This document shows positions 13,881 through 26,744 of a stretch of 64,000 nt of DNA, piece after piece. Location: positions 39,618,001-39,682,000 of the forward strand of contig OX597834.1 of NCBI GenBank assembly GCA_951406725.2, read 5' to 3'. The position numbers were made by a program, and so were the translations under genes. Below the pieces are notes generated by a model, which was given only the letters and a program-made list of their open reading frames with translations, had not been told where the DNA came from and ran no database searches. Position 1 is the first letter of the stretch. The number at the start of each line of letters is the position of its first letter. The DNA is from Octopus vulgaris. Lineage: Eukaryota.

Positions 13881-13920
13881 AGAGACTTAATATTTTATAT
13901 TTCTATTATATATATATATA

Positions 13921-13978
<58 letters not shown>

Positions 13979-14345
13979 AGAGGATATTTGTGTGTTGTTG
14001 TGTATACAGCTTGAAATCAGTTTATGGGTATATATACAATTATGCAACAAGGAATCAGTGCATGAGAGTGTATACAGCTGGGGTATATAGGTGTAGATAC
14101 TTTGAAAAACTAGTATCAGAAGGTGTGTACTAGTGTGAAACTAATGCATGGGTGTATACAACAAGAAATTAATGTGTGGGTGTTTATACAACTACACACC
14201 AGGGTGTGGATGTGTATAATAGAGTGAAACAAATATGTATAATATACAACTAGAAATGAGAGTCTGGGTGTGTATATGACAAGAAATCAACATATGGGTG
14301 TGTATACAACTAAAAATCAAGTACAGAGTATTTATGTAGAATGTA
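13540..14345. repeat. Diverged ~30-bp minisatellite (gtgtatacaactagaaat...)
   Basis: Recurrent tgtatacaactagaa units, interrupted by a MITE and (AT)n. Confidence 0.65.
13591..13735. mobile_element. hAT (Charlie-like) MITE
   Basis: TIRs CAGTCGTGACCAA and TTGGTCACACCTG. 8-bp TSD aactagac/aactagaa. Confidence 0.75.
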
Positions 14346-15733
14346 AAATCAAATTGTTGGTGTTGGGCCTCACGGAGGCAATGACTGACACCTTTGAAGC
14401 ACCTTTTGAGCAATGGGCCTCATGGAGGCAAAGTGGCTGAGTTCCTTTTGAGTGTTGGGCATCTCGGAGGCAATGACCAAGACCTTTGGCATTATGATGT
14501 GCTTGAGAAGACCCATCAAGCAAAATCTCAGTCATGGCAAATACCGGTGTCATGCAAATGGCACTCATGCCAGTGGCACATAAAAGCACCCATTACATTC
14601 TCAGAGTGGTTGGCGTTAGGAAGGGCATCTAACCATAGAAACCATGTCAAATCAGCTTGCCAGCCCTGGTTAAACCATCCAACCCATGCCAGCATGGACA
14701 ACAGGTATTAAATGATGATGATGATGATGTGTGTGTGCGTGTGCATGTGTATATATATATATATACACACATATTATCATCGTTGAATGTCTGCTTTCCA
14801 TGCTGGCATGGGTTGGATGATTTCACTGAGGACTGGCAAGCCTGGAGGCTACACCAGGCTCCAATCTGATCTGGCAGAGTTTCTACAGCTGGATGCCCTT
14901 CCTAATGGCAACCACTCCAAGAGTGCAATTGGTACTTTTTACATGTTACTGGCACCGGAGCCAGTCAGGCAGTACCGGCATTGACCACACTTGAATGGTG
15001 CTTTTTTTACATGCCACCAGCACAGGTGCCAGTCAGACAGCACTGGATTAGTCATGATATATACATATATATATATATATATATATCTTAAATAAATATT
15101 GTTTAACTCTATTTGCTTATTTATTTAATTATTTAACTATTATCATTAACTTGAAGATTGACTATAATTTTAATTCGAATTTATTTCAATTGAATTTAAA
15201 CTTAATTATAATTCAAATTTAATTCTAGCCATGAAACGTACGTAGTGTTTTTACTTATTATATTATATTTATCATTCTTTTTATACTTTTTGAGATCTAG
15301 TTATAAGTTATATATTATATAAAAAAAAACATTATATATATATATTATTTGTTATTTCTGTATTGGTTTATGTCTATCATTGTTTGAGTTGCCTAATAGT
15401 GGTTTTATCCCTAATTTATATTTATATATATATATATATATATAATGATGGTGTTAATATATATATATATATACACACACACAACTAGAAATGAAATGTT
15501 TGTGTGTCTGCGCATGTGAGTGAGTGAGTGCTTAATCTGACCATGAAGTCCATCCTGTTATTTTAACTCCCTTACTAAGTAAGAAACTTGCTCAAGGTGC
15601 CACACATTGAGATTGAACCCAAAACTATGTGGTTGAGAAGCAAGCTTCCTAACAACACAACCATGTCTGTGAATAAAAGTGACAAAGAATATGAAGAGAA
15701 AAATAGTAATTTAAAATTTTTTTTTTCTTTTAC

Positions 15734-15882
15734 CTTGAATCAGTTTGAAAAGACTAGGAGAAAGAATTGCTGGACACAAGAATCTCAAAAATATTGATGC
15801 ACTGATTAAGTTATCACTAAGGTCTTCCTTCTCGTTTACACGGCAGTTTTCTCGGAAACCTGCAAACACTTCTCGAAGTTCA
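15734..15882 (-). CDS. RasGAP gene exon with the FLR signature (ELREVF...[25 protein letters not shown])
   Basis: AG acceptor and GTAAAA donor. 149 nt, phase 2/1. RasGAP signature [13 protein letters not shown]. Confidence 0.97.
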
Positions 15883-16606
15883 CTGTATTAAGAAAAAGAA
15901 CAAAAAAACCAAAATAAAAATGACTAAAAACATCATCATAATCATTTAATGTCTACTGACCCTCGACAGGATCATGTAAATGGCACCTGTGAAATTGTAG
16001 TTGTGACCGTTATTGGGGTCATGTAAAAGGCACTTATTACACTCTTGGAGTGGTTGGCATTAGGAAGGGCATCCAGCCATAGAAACCAAGCCAAACCAGA
16101 CTGGAACCTGGCGCAGCTCTCCGGTTTACCAGTTCTACCATATCCACTCGCAAGACTTTGGTCAGACAAAGGCTATATAGTAGAGGAGATTCCACACAGT
16201 GGGACTGAACCTGGAACCATGTGGTTGGGAAACAAGCTTCATACCACACAGCCAGGCCATACCTATGTGTGTGTGTGTGTGTGTGTGTGTGTTTGTGTGT
16301 ATATATATATATGTGTATATATATATATATCATCATGTAATGTCCGTTGTCCATGCTGGCATGGGTTGGACAGTTTGACTGAAAAATGGTAAACTGAGGA
16401 GCTGCACCAGGTTCCAATCTGATTTGGCATAGTTTCTACAGCTGGATGCCCTTCCTAATGCCAATCACTCCAAGAGTGTAGTGGGTGCCTTTTATGTGCC
16501 ACCAGCACAGGTGACAGTTATGTAACACCAGCATGGGCCACAACTACAATATATAATGCATGTATATATGGAAATAAAATAAAATACACAGAAAGTTGAT
16601 ACATAC

Positions 16607-16785
16607 CCAGGAAAATAACGCCTAGAATTTGAAATTTTATTCCAAGCTTGTTCGCAGAGTTTCTTTAGGTTGGCTTGGTTTCGTTGGAGAGCTGCATTAT
16701 TGGAAAGCTTGGTTGGGTCGACCTCATAGTCTTCCGACAGCTCAATGATTTCCATAACAAATTCTCTCAATGTCACTTGTAAATA
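16607..16785 (-). CDS. RasGAP gene exon (YLQVTLREFVMEIIELSEDYEVDPTK...WNKISNSRRYFP)
   Basis: AG acceptor and GTATGT donor. 179 nt, phase 0/2. EVDP motif. Confidence 0.96.
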
Positions 16786-17091
16786 CTATTGGAAAAGATA
16801 TTAAAAAAAAATAATATTCAAACAGTATTTTATTTGATTTGAACTCAGATTCTATAGCTTTACATAAATGAAAGAAATATCTCATAATTTGAACATACAA
16901 AGTTACGAAATAGAGAAAAAAAATGGAAATTCTTTGTAGCCGTAGTAGTGGCTGTGTGGTAAGTAGCTTGCTTACCAACCACATGGTTCCAGGTTCAGTC
17001 CCACTGCGTGGCACCTTGGGCAAGTGTCTTCTACTATAGCCTCAGGCCAACCAAAGCCTTGTGAGTGGATTTGGTACACGGAAAGTGAAAG

Positions 17092-17500
17092 AAGTGAACA
17101 GTATATGAGTCCGATAGATGCTTGCGTGTGTATGGAGGGGAGAAAATCAGGTGTAGTGTTGGCGAATCTCAGGAAGCATGGAAGTTTTGAAGGATGCAGT
17201 GCTCTGACAACTAACAACTGATGCCAGCAGTTTGTTCCATGCTTCAGCAACTCTTAGTGTGAATAAATGTTTCCGAAAGTCATGGGAGCTGTGCTGTTTT
17301 CTGACTTTGTAAACATGTCCACGGGTGTTAGACAGGTGGAGTTAGAAAAGGTGCTCAGAGTTATTGTTGGTAAGATGGTTAATAATTTTATGGGTGGCTG
17401 CCAAGTCAGCTGCCAGACGTCAGAGTTTCAATGTATCCATGCCCAGGAAAGTAAGGCATTCAGAATATGGCAAATGCCTGATGGAGGGTATTCTCTTGGA
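17092..17500 (-). mobile_element. CR1-type LINE 3' remnant
   Basis: Closely matches 28715-29121. Encodes LKL*RLAADLAATHKIINHL...KVRKQHSSHDFRKH. Confidence 0.82.
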
Positions 17501-17626
17501 ATTATATTGAGTAAGACAAACATAGACAATAGAAAAATCATTTAACTTTAGTAAGATAGAGCCATTTTAAATGCTAAAGATTTAATGAGATGACAATGAT
17601 AAAAACTCATTAAAAGTCTTACTTAC

Positions 17627-17706
17627 ATTTTCACCAACCAATTTCATGTAGGCTTCCATTGCCTTTGTTGCAATACTGTTGCCTCGAAATGTCAGATGTT
17701 CATTGT
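17627..17706 (-). CDS. RasGAP gene exon with the arginine finger ([27 protein letters not shown])
   Basis: AG acceptor and GTAAGT donor. 80 nt. FRGNS..TKA catalytic finger motif. Confidence 0.97.
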
Positions 17707-18664
17707 CTGCAAACGAAGGAATTAACATTGGGTAAGAGACAAACAGACAATAGAAAAATCCTTTAACTTTTATTTGCTTCAGTTATTAGACTGTGGCCAT
17801 GCTGGGGCCACTGCCATGGCGAAATTTTAGCTGAATGAATCGACCCCCAGGATGTGTTTTTTAAAGCCTGGTACTTATTTTATCAGTCTCTTTTGTCAAA
17901 CCACCAAGTTACAGCAATGTAAACACACCAACACAGGTTGTCAAGGAGTGGTGGTAGGCAAACACAGATGCAAAGACACACATGCATGGAAATGTGTGCG
18001 TGCGTATGTGTGTGTGTGTGTATATATGTATACGTGTATATGAACTCATTACCAGTACCGCCTGACTGGCCCCCGTGCCGGTGGCATGTAAAAAGCACCC
18101 ACTACACTCTCGGAGTGGTTAGCATTAGGAAGGGCATCCAGCTGTAGAAACTCTGCCAGATCAAGATTGGAGCCTGGTGCAGCCATCTGGTTCACCGGCC
18201 CTCAGTCAAAATCGTCCAACCCATGCTAGCATGGAAAGCAAACATTAAACGATGATGATGATGATGAGCTTCTTACGGTTTTAGTCTACCAAATCCATTC
18301 ATAAGACTTTCGTCAACTTAAGGCTATAATAGGTGTCATGCAGTGGGACTGAACCCAGAACTATGTGGTTGGGAAGCAAGCTTCTTACCACATAACTATG
18401 CCTGTGTCCATATATATAGAGAGTCAACGTGAAGGCAGACAAATTATCGCTAAGCATTTCACACTGTGTGCTAACGATTCTGCCACCAATAATAATAATC
18501 TTTTCCACAATAGGCACAAGGCCTGAAATGTGTAGGAGGAGGAGGTGGTAGAATCCATCAATCCCAAATTTGCCTGGTTAGAATGAAAGAATGAATGGCA
18601 AAGCTGACCCCAGGGGAATTTGAACTGAAGGAAACCCACTGCATGCATGTACATGTGTGTGTGA

Positions 18665-18721
<57 letters not shown>

Positions 18722-18989
18722 CGCGTGCATGAATGTGTTTTTGTCTGTGTGATCTTGTCTTGAAACTTCATGTTAGTTGTAAATGAGTTTCCCTGTCATA
18801 CAAGCGGTGTCATTCATTTCTACTATTCAGCCAGAGCACGTCTGGTAATGGGGAGATTCTGTCTTGGTTGGAAACAGGTGAGGTTTGGTGACAGGAAGAG
18901 CACCCAGCTGTTAAAAGCAATGAAAATGATGATGATAATGATGACGATGATGATGATGATGATGATGAAAACACAGATGACATATTTAC

Positions 18990-19152
18990 CTAATCTAGAT
19001 ATTTCTGCCATGACCACATCACAGAGGAAGTTCTTTGCTTTATTCAAGTGCTGCATGGCATGTACTAAACATGTAGCAATGTCTTCCTTGTCCCGCACAC
19101 TCACCAACGGTTCCAGATGTTCACACAGGCTCACATAATTACTGGTTAAATA
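18990..19152 (-). CDS. RasGAP gene exon, start of GAP domain (YLTSNYVSLCEHLEPLVSVRDKEDIATCLVHAMQ...EISRL)
   Basis: AG acceptor and GTAAAT donor. 163 nt, phase 0/1. LC..LEP.LSV..KEE.A..LVH motif. Confidence 0.96.
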
Positions 19153-19822
19153 CTGGAAGAAAAAAATAACAAAAGCATGAGGACATGTAAACAGTTATCA
19201 GGGTACAACGATTACAAAATTGTGATGTGGGGTGGAAGTGGTTGCTGGTGCAGTGTTTAACCCCGTGTGAACCTTGATTCACCAGATCATGACCAAGAAC
19301 ATTCTGGCCCTTATCAACTAATTTCTTTATATATGTCTTGCAGGCTACATTGGCCAATGTATCCTTCCGCTGTTTAGGTCAGTGGCTCTCAACAAGGACC
19401 CATATCAGATTATTGGTGGGGTCTACATGAGTAAAATAGACTGAGATGCCTGGTGTCTTGCAAGTACTCAAGAAGACACATGCTCCACAGCAGAAGTGTT
19501 AAGGCTGGTCTCCCTGGGTGAAGGGGATTGGCCAGCAAGAGTCCTGTGCCAACATCATGTAAAAGCACTTGTGCCAGTGCCACATAAAAGCACCAAGGAC
19601 ACTCTGTAAAAAGGCTGGCATTAGGAAGGGCATCCAGCCATAGAAACAATGCCAAGTCAGTCTGGTACAGCCTTCCAGCTTTGGTCAAATCATCCGACCC
19701 ATGCCAGCATGAACAATCGACAACAAATGATGATGGTGCGATATATATATATATATATTATATATATATGTATATATATTATATATATATGTATATATAT
19801 TATATATATATGTATATATATG

Positions 19823-20139
19823 AGACCCCCATCGGTCATGACTGACCATGGGATTGCACCTAAAAAGTTACCCTCCCTGGCAAGGTTGTTTATGGAAGAC
19901 CAGCAGTCGCCCATGCATACCAACCTCCCCTCTCCATGCCTGTTGATGTTATCCAAGGGAAAGGCAAAGGGGCCGATACAGCTTGGCACCAGTGATGTCA
20001 CAATCATTTCTACATCTGAGTGAACTGGAACAATGTGAAATAAAGTGTCTTGCTCAAGAACACAACACCCAGCCCAGTCCGGGATTCGAACTCACAACCT
20101 GCGATCGTAAGCTCGACGCTCTAACCACTGAGCCATGCG

Positions 20140-20142
<3 letters not shown>
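19823..20142 (-). mobile_element. tRNA-derived SINE, near full length
   Basis: Head GGCGCATGGCTCAGTGGTTAGAGCG...GAGTTCGAATCCC on the minus strand. Confidence 0.85.
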
Positions 20143-20181
<39 letters not shown>

Positions 20182-20578
20182 ACTCTCCCGTCATTAGATG
20201 ATGTATGACGGTTTGACAATTTCTTACTGAACAATCATACAGATGATTTGTTTATACTGATCAAATGGTTGTGTAGACCTAAGTTCACTCCCTCCATCAG
20301 ATCGACATTACCTGTACAGGTGCAACTGGGTGCCACAGGTCAGATGTTGAAATGATTGCAGAGCAATGTGAAAGGAAGAGCTTTTCTCAAGAACACAATG
20401 CAATGCAAAGTCTGGGAATTGAACCCACAATCCCACAATTGTGAGTGCAACACCTTAACCACTAAGCCATGCGCCTATATATATATATATATGTGTGTGT
20501 GTATGCATGTGATAGTTGATATGTGGAAACCTAGTTTCGGAATGAAAACCACTTAAGAAACAAAGAAATGGTTCTTAC

Positions 20579-20711
20579 CTCTGTAAAGTCTTTGTAAAGT
20601 TCTTGAGGTAGAATCTGTACAGATTGGTATTTGATCCGTACCCGAATCATGGGTAATTCTGCTCGGTTTTCTTTCAACTGTTTGCCAACAGTAACACTAT
20701 TCACAGTGAAC
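20579..20711 (-). CDS. RasGAP gene exon, end of C2 (FTVNSVTVGKQLKENRAELPMIRVRIKYQSVQILPQELYKDFTE)
   Basis: AG acceptor and GTAAG donor. 133 nt, phase 2/0. Matches P.IRIK.RYQ...ILP.E.YKEFAE. Confidence 0.95.
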
Positions 20712-20718
20712 CTAGCCA

Positions 20719-20751
<33 letters not shown>

Positions 20752-20919
20752 TAATTCGTTTATTGGCCACAAGGGCTAACAAAAATCAATTAAAACATAA
20801 AGGGACAAAACACAGGACGAAAGTTACAAAGGGTTTTGTCCGTTTGAAAAAAGTCCATGTAAAAAATAACAACAAAAATATGTAACAATTTAAAAAAAAA
20901 AAAAAAAATAATAATAATG

Positions 20920-21360
20920 ATGGTTTCAAATTTTGCTGCAAGGGCAGAAATTTTGGGGGAAGGAATGAGTCAATTACATCGACCCCAGTGTTCAACTGGT
21001 ACTTAATTTATTGACCCCTGAAAGGATGAAATGCAAAGTTGACCTTGGTGGAATTTGAACTCAGAACATAAAGATGGATGAAATACCACTATGCATGTTT
21101 GCCTGGTGTGTTAACAGTTCTACCAGCTCACTGCTTTAATAATGGTAATAATAATGATTTCAAATTTTTGCCACAAGGGCAGCTAGTGGGAGGAGATTAA
21201 GTTGATTACATCAACCCAAGTGCGTAACTGGTACTTATTTAATTGACGCCGAAAGGATGAAAAGCAAAGTTGACCTCGGCAGAATTTGAACTCAGAACGT
21301 AGCAGCAGACAAAATACTGATAAGCATTTCACCCGGTATGCTAACAATTCTGCCAGCTCT
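20920..21360 (-). mobile_element. Two tandem SINE copies with the GACTTTGCCTTTCATCCTTTCGGGGTCGATAAATTAAGTACCAG core
   Basis: The same core recurs at ~27460-27730, 37953-38136, 44030-44570, 49520-49680, 57320-57720 and 63690-64000. It resembles the Meta/Sauria-SINE core as I recall it. Confidence 0.8.
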
Positions 21361-21616
21361 TCAATAACTTTTTGTACTGGAAGCATAAGACCTCAAATTT
21401 GGGGGGAAATTACTCGACCAGAAGAAAATTCTAACTGGGCCCCACCTCCAAGGTCATGCGCTGTTTATCTTGATATGAGATCACCATGTTGCACACATAT
21501 GGTTGTGATGCATGTGCCTAGTGTACACTTATCAGACGGGTAGTCATGATGGGTATACTGGGCTTCGTATATTTTACCCCAGTGTCACTTTGATGGCATG
21601 CACTGCTCTCTCACTC

Positions 21617-21677
<61 letters not shown>

Positions 21678-21753
21678 TCAATGTTCTCTATTTCCTGGAA
21701 GAAGGAAATATATTTAGAACAAAATAGAAAATAAAGATATGTAGATAACATAC

Positions 21754-21808
21754 CATTTCTCAACTAACTGTTTGTTACCAAGTTCACAGACTGGAATAGT
21801 TACAACTC
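21754..21808 (-). CDS. RasGAP gene exon, C2 domain (GVVTIPVCELGNKQLVEKW)
   Basis: AG acceptor and GTATGT donor. 55 nt, phase 1/2. G.V.IP and VEKW motifs. Confidence 0.93.
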
Positions 21809-22611
21809 CTGAAATATATATATAAAAAAATAGAGAATAAAACAAAAATATTATATAAAAGAGAAAGAAAGAGGGGTTGAATCTGTTGATGTAATCGTGT
21901 GTGTATATGTATCACAGTGAAGATGCATGTATGTGTAGGTTTCTGCGTGTGTGAATGTGTATTTGTGTGGTGTATGTGTACGTGTTTATGTAAAAAGGTA
22001 TATGATGGTGTTTGTGTGTTGTTGCGTGTTCTGGTGTGTCTGTATGATGGTGCAAGAGTGCATGATGGGGGTTGTGTCTATGTCTAAAATAATCAAATTA
22101 AATTTGTTGGGTCTTGAAATTTCTTTCTCGGCCGTTCGTTAATACATCGTTAGTTATGTTGCTGTTCTGGTTGTTGTTGGCAGAATTTTAAAAAACAATT
22201 TTTTAATTGAAATATTTAAAATGTTATTTCAGAATAAATGAACTCAAAAAAAAAAAAAACTGAGATAAATAAATGACATTCTTTGGCAGTTAGTAGGGTG
22301 ACAAATACCAAAAACCTCCACCATACCATTCCACAGACGGAATACTTAAGAATGCAGTTACTTCCTCTGCTGCACAAGGTCAATATTTCCTGCAAGAAGC
22401 ACTGGTGGTAGATGGGGTAGTGTCAGGTGGGTCTGCCACAAGTCCACCCGAAAAAACTTCTTTATGGTTGTAGTGGGTGGTGGGTGCTGACTGGACTCTA
22501 TCACAGACCAACCAAAAGAAACACAGCTATTTCTAGAAGCCACTAAGCTGCTAGAAATAGCTGCTAAAACTCTTGCTCTTAGACATAGGAGGACACATTA
22601 GCTGATGTAAT

Positions 22612-23105
22612 GTGGTGCTGGTGCCACGTGAAAAGCACTGGTGATGGTGCCATGTGGAAAACACTGGTGCTGGCGCCATATAGAAAACACTGGGGCTGGT
22701 GCCACATGGGAAGCACTGGTGCTGGTGCCACATAAAAAAACACTGGTGCTAGTGCCACAAGGGAAGCACTGGTGTTGGTGCCGCATAAAAAGCACTGATG
22801 TTGGTGCCACATGAAAAGCACTGGTGTTGGTGCCGCATAAAAAGCACTGGTGCTGGTGTCACATGGGAAGCACTGGTGTTGGTGCCGCATAAAAAGCACA
22901 GGTGCTGGTGCCACATAAAAAGCACTGGTGTTGGTTCCACATGGGAAGCACTGGTGTTGGTGCCGCATAAAAAACACTGGTAATGGTGCCATGCAAACAT
23001 CAGTGGTGATGGTGCTAAGTGAAAAAGCACTGGTGCTGGTGCCACACAGAAATCACTGGTGTTGGTGCCACATAAGAAGCACTGGTGTTGGTGCCACGTA
23101 AAAAG
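22612..23105. repeat. 26-bp tandem array (GGTGCCACATAAAAAGCACTGGTGCT), about 19 copies
   Basis: Direct inspection. Related arrays at 40735-40820 and 60405-60685. Confidence 0.92.
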
Positions 23106-23344
23106 ATGGGTTGGCTACAATCAGAACAACTTTGATCTGTTTGTTGAGGGTGGATCTGTGGCTGAAAAACAGACAACAGACTTTATTTAACAAATTACTG
23201 CTTAATTTATGAGATGAGTTGTTAGTACTATTATGAACTTTCTCGTTAGAAAGTATCGATCATCTTTCATTTGTCAGTCATCAGACTGTGGCCATGCTGG
23301 GGCACCACCTTGAATCAACCCCAGGACATATTTCCTGAACGCTT

Positions 23345-23670
23345 CATGTCTCCAATGGTCACTAACACATGTAGATATAGTTACAAGGCCACAGACACAT
23401 GTAGGCGTTTCTGGTGGCCATTTACACATGTAGATATAGTTACAAGGCCATAGACACATGTAGGTGTTTCTGGTGGTCATTAACACATGTAGACATAGTT
23501 ATGAAGACATCTTGATGTTGTCCAAAGGCCACAAACACATGTAGGAGTCTCCAGTGGTCACTAATACATATAGATATATATATAAGGCCATGAAGACATC
23601 TTGATGTTATCCCAAGGCCACAAACACATGTAGATAAAATACAAGGCCTCGAACACACAGATATAAACAG
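23345..23670. repeat. Compound minisatellite built on cacatgtag(atatagttacaaggcc)
   Basis: Repeated ACACATGTAG units of ~28 and ~56 bp. Confidence 0.7.
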
Positions 23671-23781
23671 TGGCCTGATAGATAACAATGTTACAAATTT
23701 GCAGTTTAGTACTTTGTGTCGGAACTTTAAACTCAATTGAAAAGAAGAAACGAAATATAATTGGAGCCAAGAACTACTGAC

Positions 23782-23867
23782 CTATTTTAGTGTTTTTATC
23801 TTTTTTCTTCTTCTTGTCTGCTTCTCGATAGAGATACAAAATAATCTGTTTTATGTTGAGCAAGTTA
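23782..23867 (-). CDS. RasGAP gene exon, C2 domain with polybasic loop (NLLNIKQIILYLYREADKKKKKDKNTKI)
   Basis: AG acceptor and GTCAGT donor. 86 nt, phase 2/1. Matches LYRD.DKKRKKDK of SynGAP/DAB2IP. Confidence 0.94.
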
Positions 23868-24207
23868 CTGAAACAAGATTTTAAAAAATTAATAATAATA
23901 ATAATAATAATAGCATATAGAAATCTCAAAATCACTGCTTTTACTCTTTTACTTTGTTTCAGTCATTTGACTGTGGCCATGCTGGAGCACCACCTTTTAG
24001 TCAAGCAAATAATAATAATAATAATAATAATGATAATAATGATATTGAGGGTTTCATATTTTGGCACAAGGCCAGCAATGACATCGTCGAAATTTCAAAG
24101 GTACAAGATAATGCATAATTAAGTCAGACCAATGTGAATAAAATAAGAATTATACATGTGACTGAGGGAGCTGAATTCTGAAGGATTAAAAACAGAATAA
24201 TAATTAC

Positions 24208-24306
24208 CTGAATTCAAAGAACTCTCCCCAAAACAGCATTTCCGACTGTGCTTTACACGAAGTCTTGGCATGCATTGAGGAGTCCAGAAAGATTTCACAA
24301 AAATAT
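24208..24306 (-). CDS. RasGAP gene exon, C2 domain (YFCEIFLDSSMHAKTSCKAQSEMLFWGEFFEF)
   Basis: AG acceptor and GTAATT donor. 99 nt, in frame. Has the YFCE..LD and FWGE.FEF family motifs. Confidence 0.95.
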
Positions 24307-25101
24307 CTGCAAAAAACAAAATATAAAAAAAGAAAATTTTAAAATACAATTAAGGGGTCAATCACATCTAACCTGACTTAACTTGCTCTCCAGAAAGACA
24401 TATTCAATATAAGGAAGGCCACACGTCTACCTGTACAGTCTATTATTGTAAAGGTGGTACTCGACACCTAGGGTAATCCTATGATCCAGCAGTTCAGAAG
24501 TTCTTGTTCATATTGAGGCCTTCCATTTGTTTTTTAGGCAGGTCCACCATTCATTGCAAGACATAACACAATGTATTGCCACGTCCAGGAATTGAAACCA
24601 CAGTCTTACAATGAGTCCAACGTCCAAACCATTAAGCCACATGCGTCCACAGTCCATTATTTTAAGAAGCAAAAATAAAATCATTACAAATACACAATCA
24701 GAAAAATGATTGGTTTATGCATTTGTGTTGGTAAGGACCCATAGTACTTAGAGGTGAAGGCACATGGCTTAGTGGTTAGGGTGTTTGGCTCATGATTATA
24801 TGGTTGTGAGTTCGATTCCTGGCAGTGCACTGTGTCCTTGAGCAAGACACTTTATTACATGTTTCTCCAGTCCACTCAAGCTACCAAAAGTGAGTTGTAC
24901 CTGTAATTTAAAGGGTCCAGCCTTGGCACATTCTGTGACTCGCTGAATCTCCCTGAGTACTGCATTAAGAGCATGTGTGTCTATGGAATACTCAGCCACT
25001 TGTATGCTAATTGAGGGAGTGCCAGGTCCTTGAGCAAGACACTTTATTACATGTTGGGGGAACACAGACACACAAATGTATACACACACACATACATACA
25101 A

Positions 25102-25154
<53 letters not shown>

Positions 25155-25526
25155 TATATACGACAGGCTTCTTTCAGTTTCCATCTACCAAATCCACTCA
25201 CAAGGCTTTGGTCGAGAGAAAGAGAGAGAAAGAGATCAGTTATACAAAATTTTGTGTATATGTGAGAGAGAGAGAGAGAGAGAGGGAGAGAGAAGATCAG
25301 TAATACTAGATTCTGTGTGTGTATGTGTTTGTGTGATGTGCATGTATGCGTATGAGTGAGCTGTGTGTGTGTGTATGTGTGCATATCAGTTAACACTAGT
25401 TTCTCTGTGTGCATGAGAGTGAGAGAGAAAGAGAGAGAGAGAAAGAGAAAGAGAGAGAGAAAGAGAGAGAGATCAGTTTATGTGTGTATGTGTGAGACAT
25501 CAGTTAAGAACAGTATTTGTATGTGT

Positions 25527-25558
<32 letters not shown>

Positions 25559-26142
25559 GCGTGTGTGTGTGTGTAAGCGATGTCACACACCAGATGCCTC
25601 ATGTCAGTAACACCACAAACAACCACACCTTCATTGTACGGTGGCATTTTAAAGTCACATTTGCAATGCAGTCGCAGTTTCAATTCCTGATCGAGGCCAT
25701 TTCACTCAACTCATTCTTCGTCTCTCAATTTGAAAAAAATTGTCACCTCTCACTCACAGTCTCATCTCATTCCAGCGGAATTTAGCAGACAAGTGAACCC
25801 AAAGACCCAGTCTTCAGGAACGTGACACCGCTTCACATTTTACAGTTTTTTTTTTAATTTTTATTTAAAATTTTTTTTTTCTTTTCATGCCATAAAATTT
25901 GTGTCAGCTGATAAAATCTGTCTGGTTTGTCCTTGCGTGCCCACCACCAACCACTTTCACGCCCCGCCCTCCCACTCTCTGGCCCTGGTTCTTCTAATTT
26001 TCTATATAAGACTTAAGTGCTTATTGGAACAGTTTCAAATCGCAGCAGTTACAAAAGAGATAACCAAAGAACAAACAAAAAAAACACTCAAAAACAAAGC
26101 AAAAACAATAAAAAAGCAACTAAACATGAACTGGCGTCTTAC

Positions 26143-26244
26143 CTTTTTTTTGGTGGTATATTCTTGGCCTCCCAGATCCATAGCTTTAAGGAATTGTCTA
26201 CACGACGTTCTTTGTTGATGTTAGGCTGAATTCCTTTTCGTAAG
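26143..26244 (-). CDS. RasGAP gene exon, PH-C2 linker and start of C2 (LRKGIQPNINKERRVDNSLKLWIWEAKNIPPKK)
   Basis: AG acceptor and GTAAG donor. 102 nt, continues the frame. Resembles nGAP LRR.VQPNKDN.RR.EN.L.LWIIEAK.L.PKK. Confidence 0.95.
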
Positions 26245-26744
26245 CTGAGAAGATAAAATATAAACAGTTATTTTTATGCTGCGAGGGTGATTTTCTTTGT
26301 TTTTTGGGGGGTTTTTTTGTATGTTGTTTCAGTTTTTTTTATTTTGGGGGCTTCTCCGTTTCAGTCTTTTATGCAAACATCGACCAAACGAAATTAAAAA
26401 AAAAAATTAATGAAAATGTTAAAGAAACAATAAAGAATTGTAAATAAATTAAACAGTTTATTCTATACTCGAGATTAGGAGACAAAGAAAAACAAAAAAA
26501 AATTTTAAAAAGCAAGAAATACATAAATAAATTTAGAATTTTGCCTAAAAAAAACCCCCAAAAACCAAAAAAACAAACATTTCCAGAAAGATAGACTCTC
26601 AGATTCTGATGTCTATATATTAGTTTTCTTCTCCTGCCATTGCCCATTCTAATATTGTCACATAAATTAAGGGCAGGGAGCTGGCAGAATTGTTAGCGTG
26701 CTGACCAAAATGTTTAGCAATATTATACCTATTCATTCTGTTAT

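Noticed and set aside
22551-23045. Repetitive ORFs (APAPVLF / HQHQCF) and CRISPR-like periodicity
   Set aside because: Head-to-tail 26-bp minisatellite with no unique spacers and no cas genes, in a eukaryotic context.
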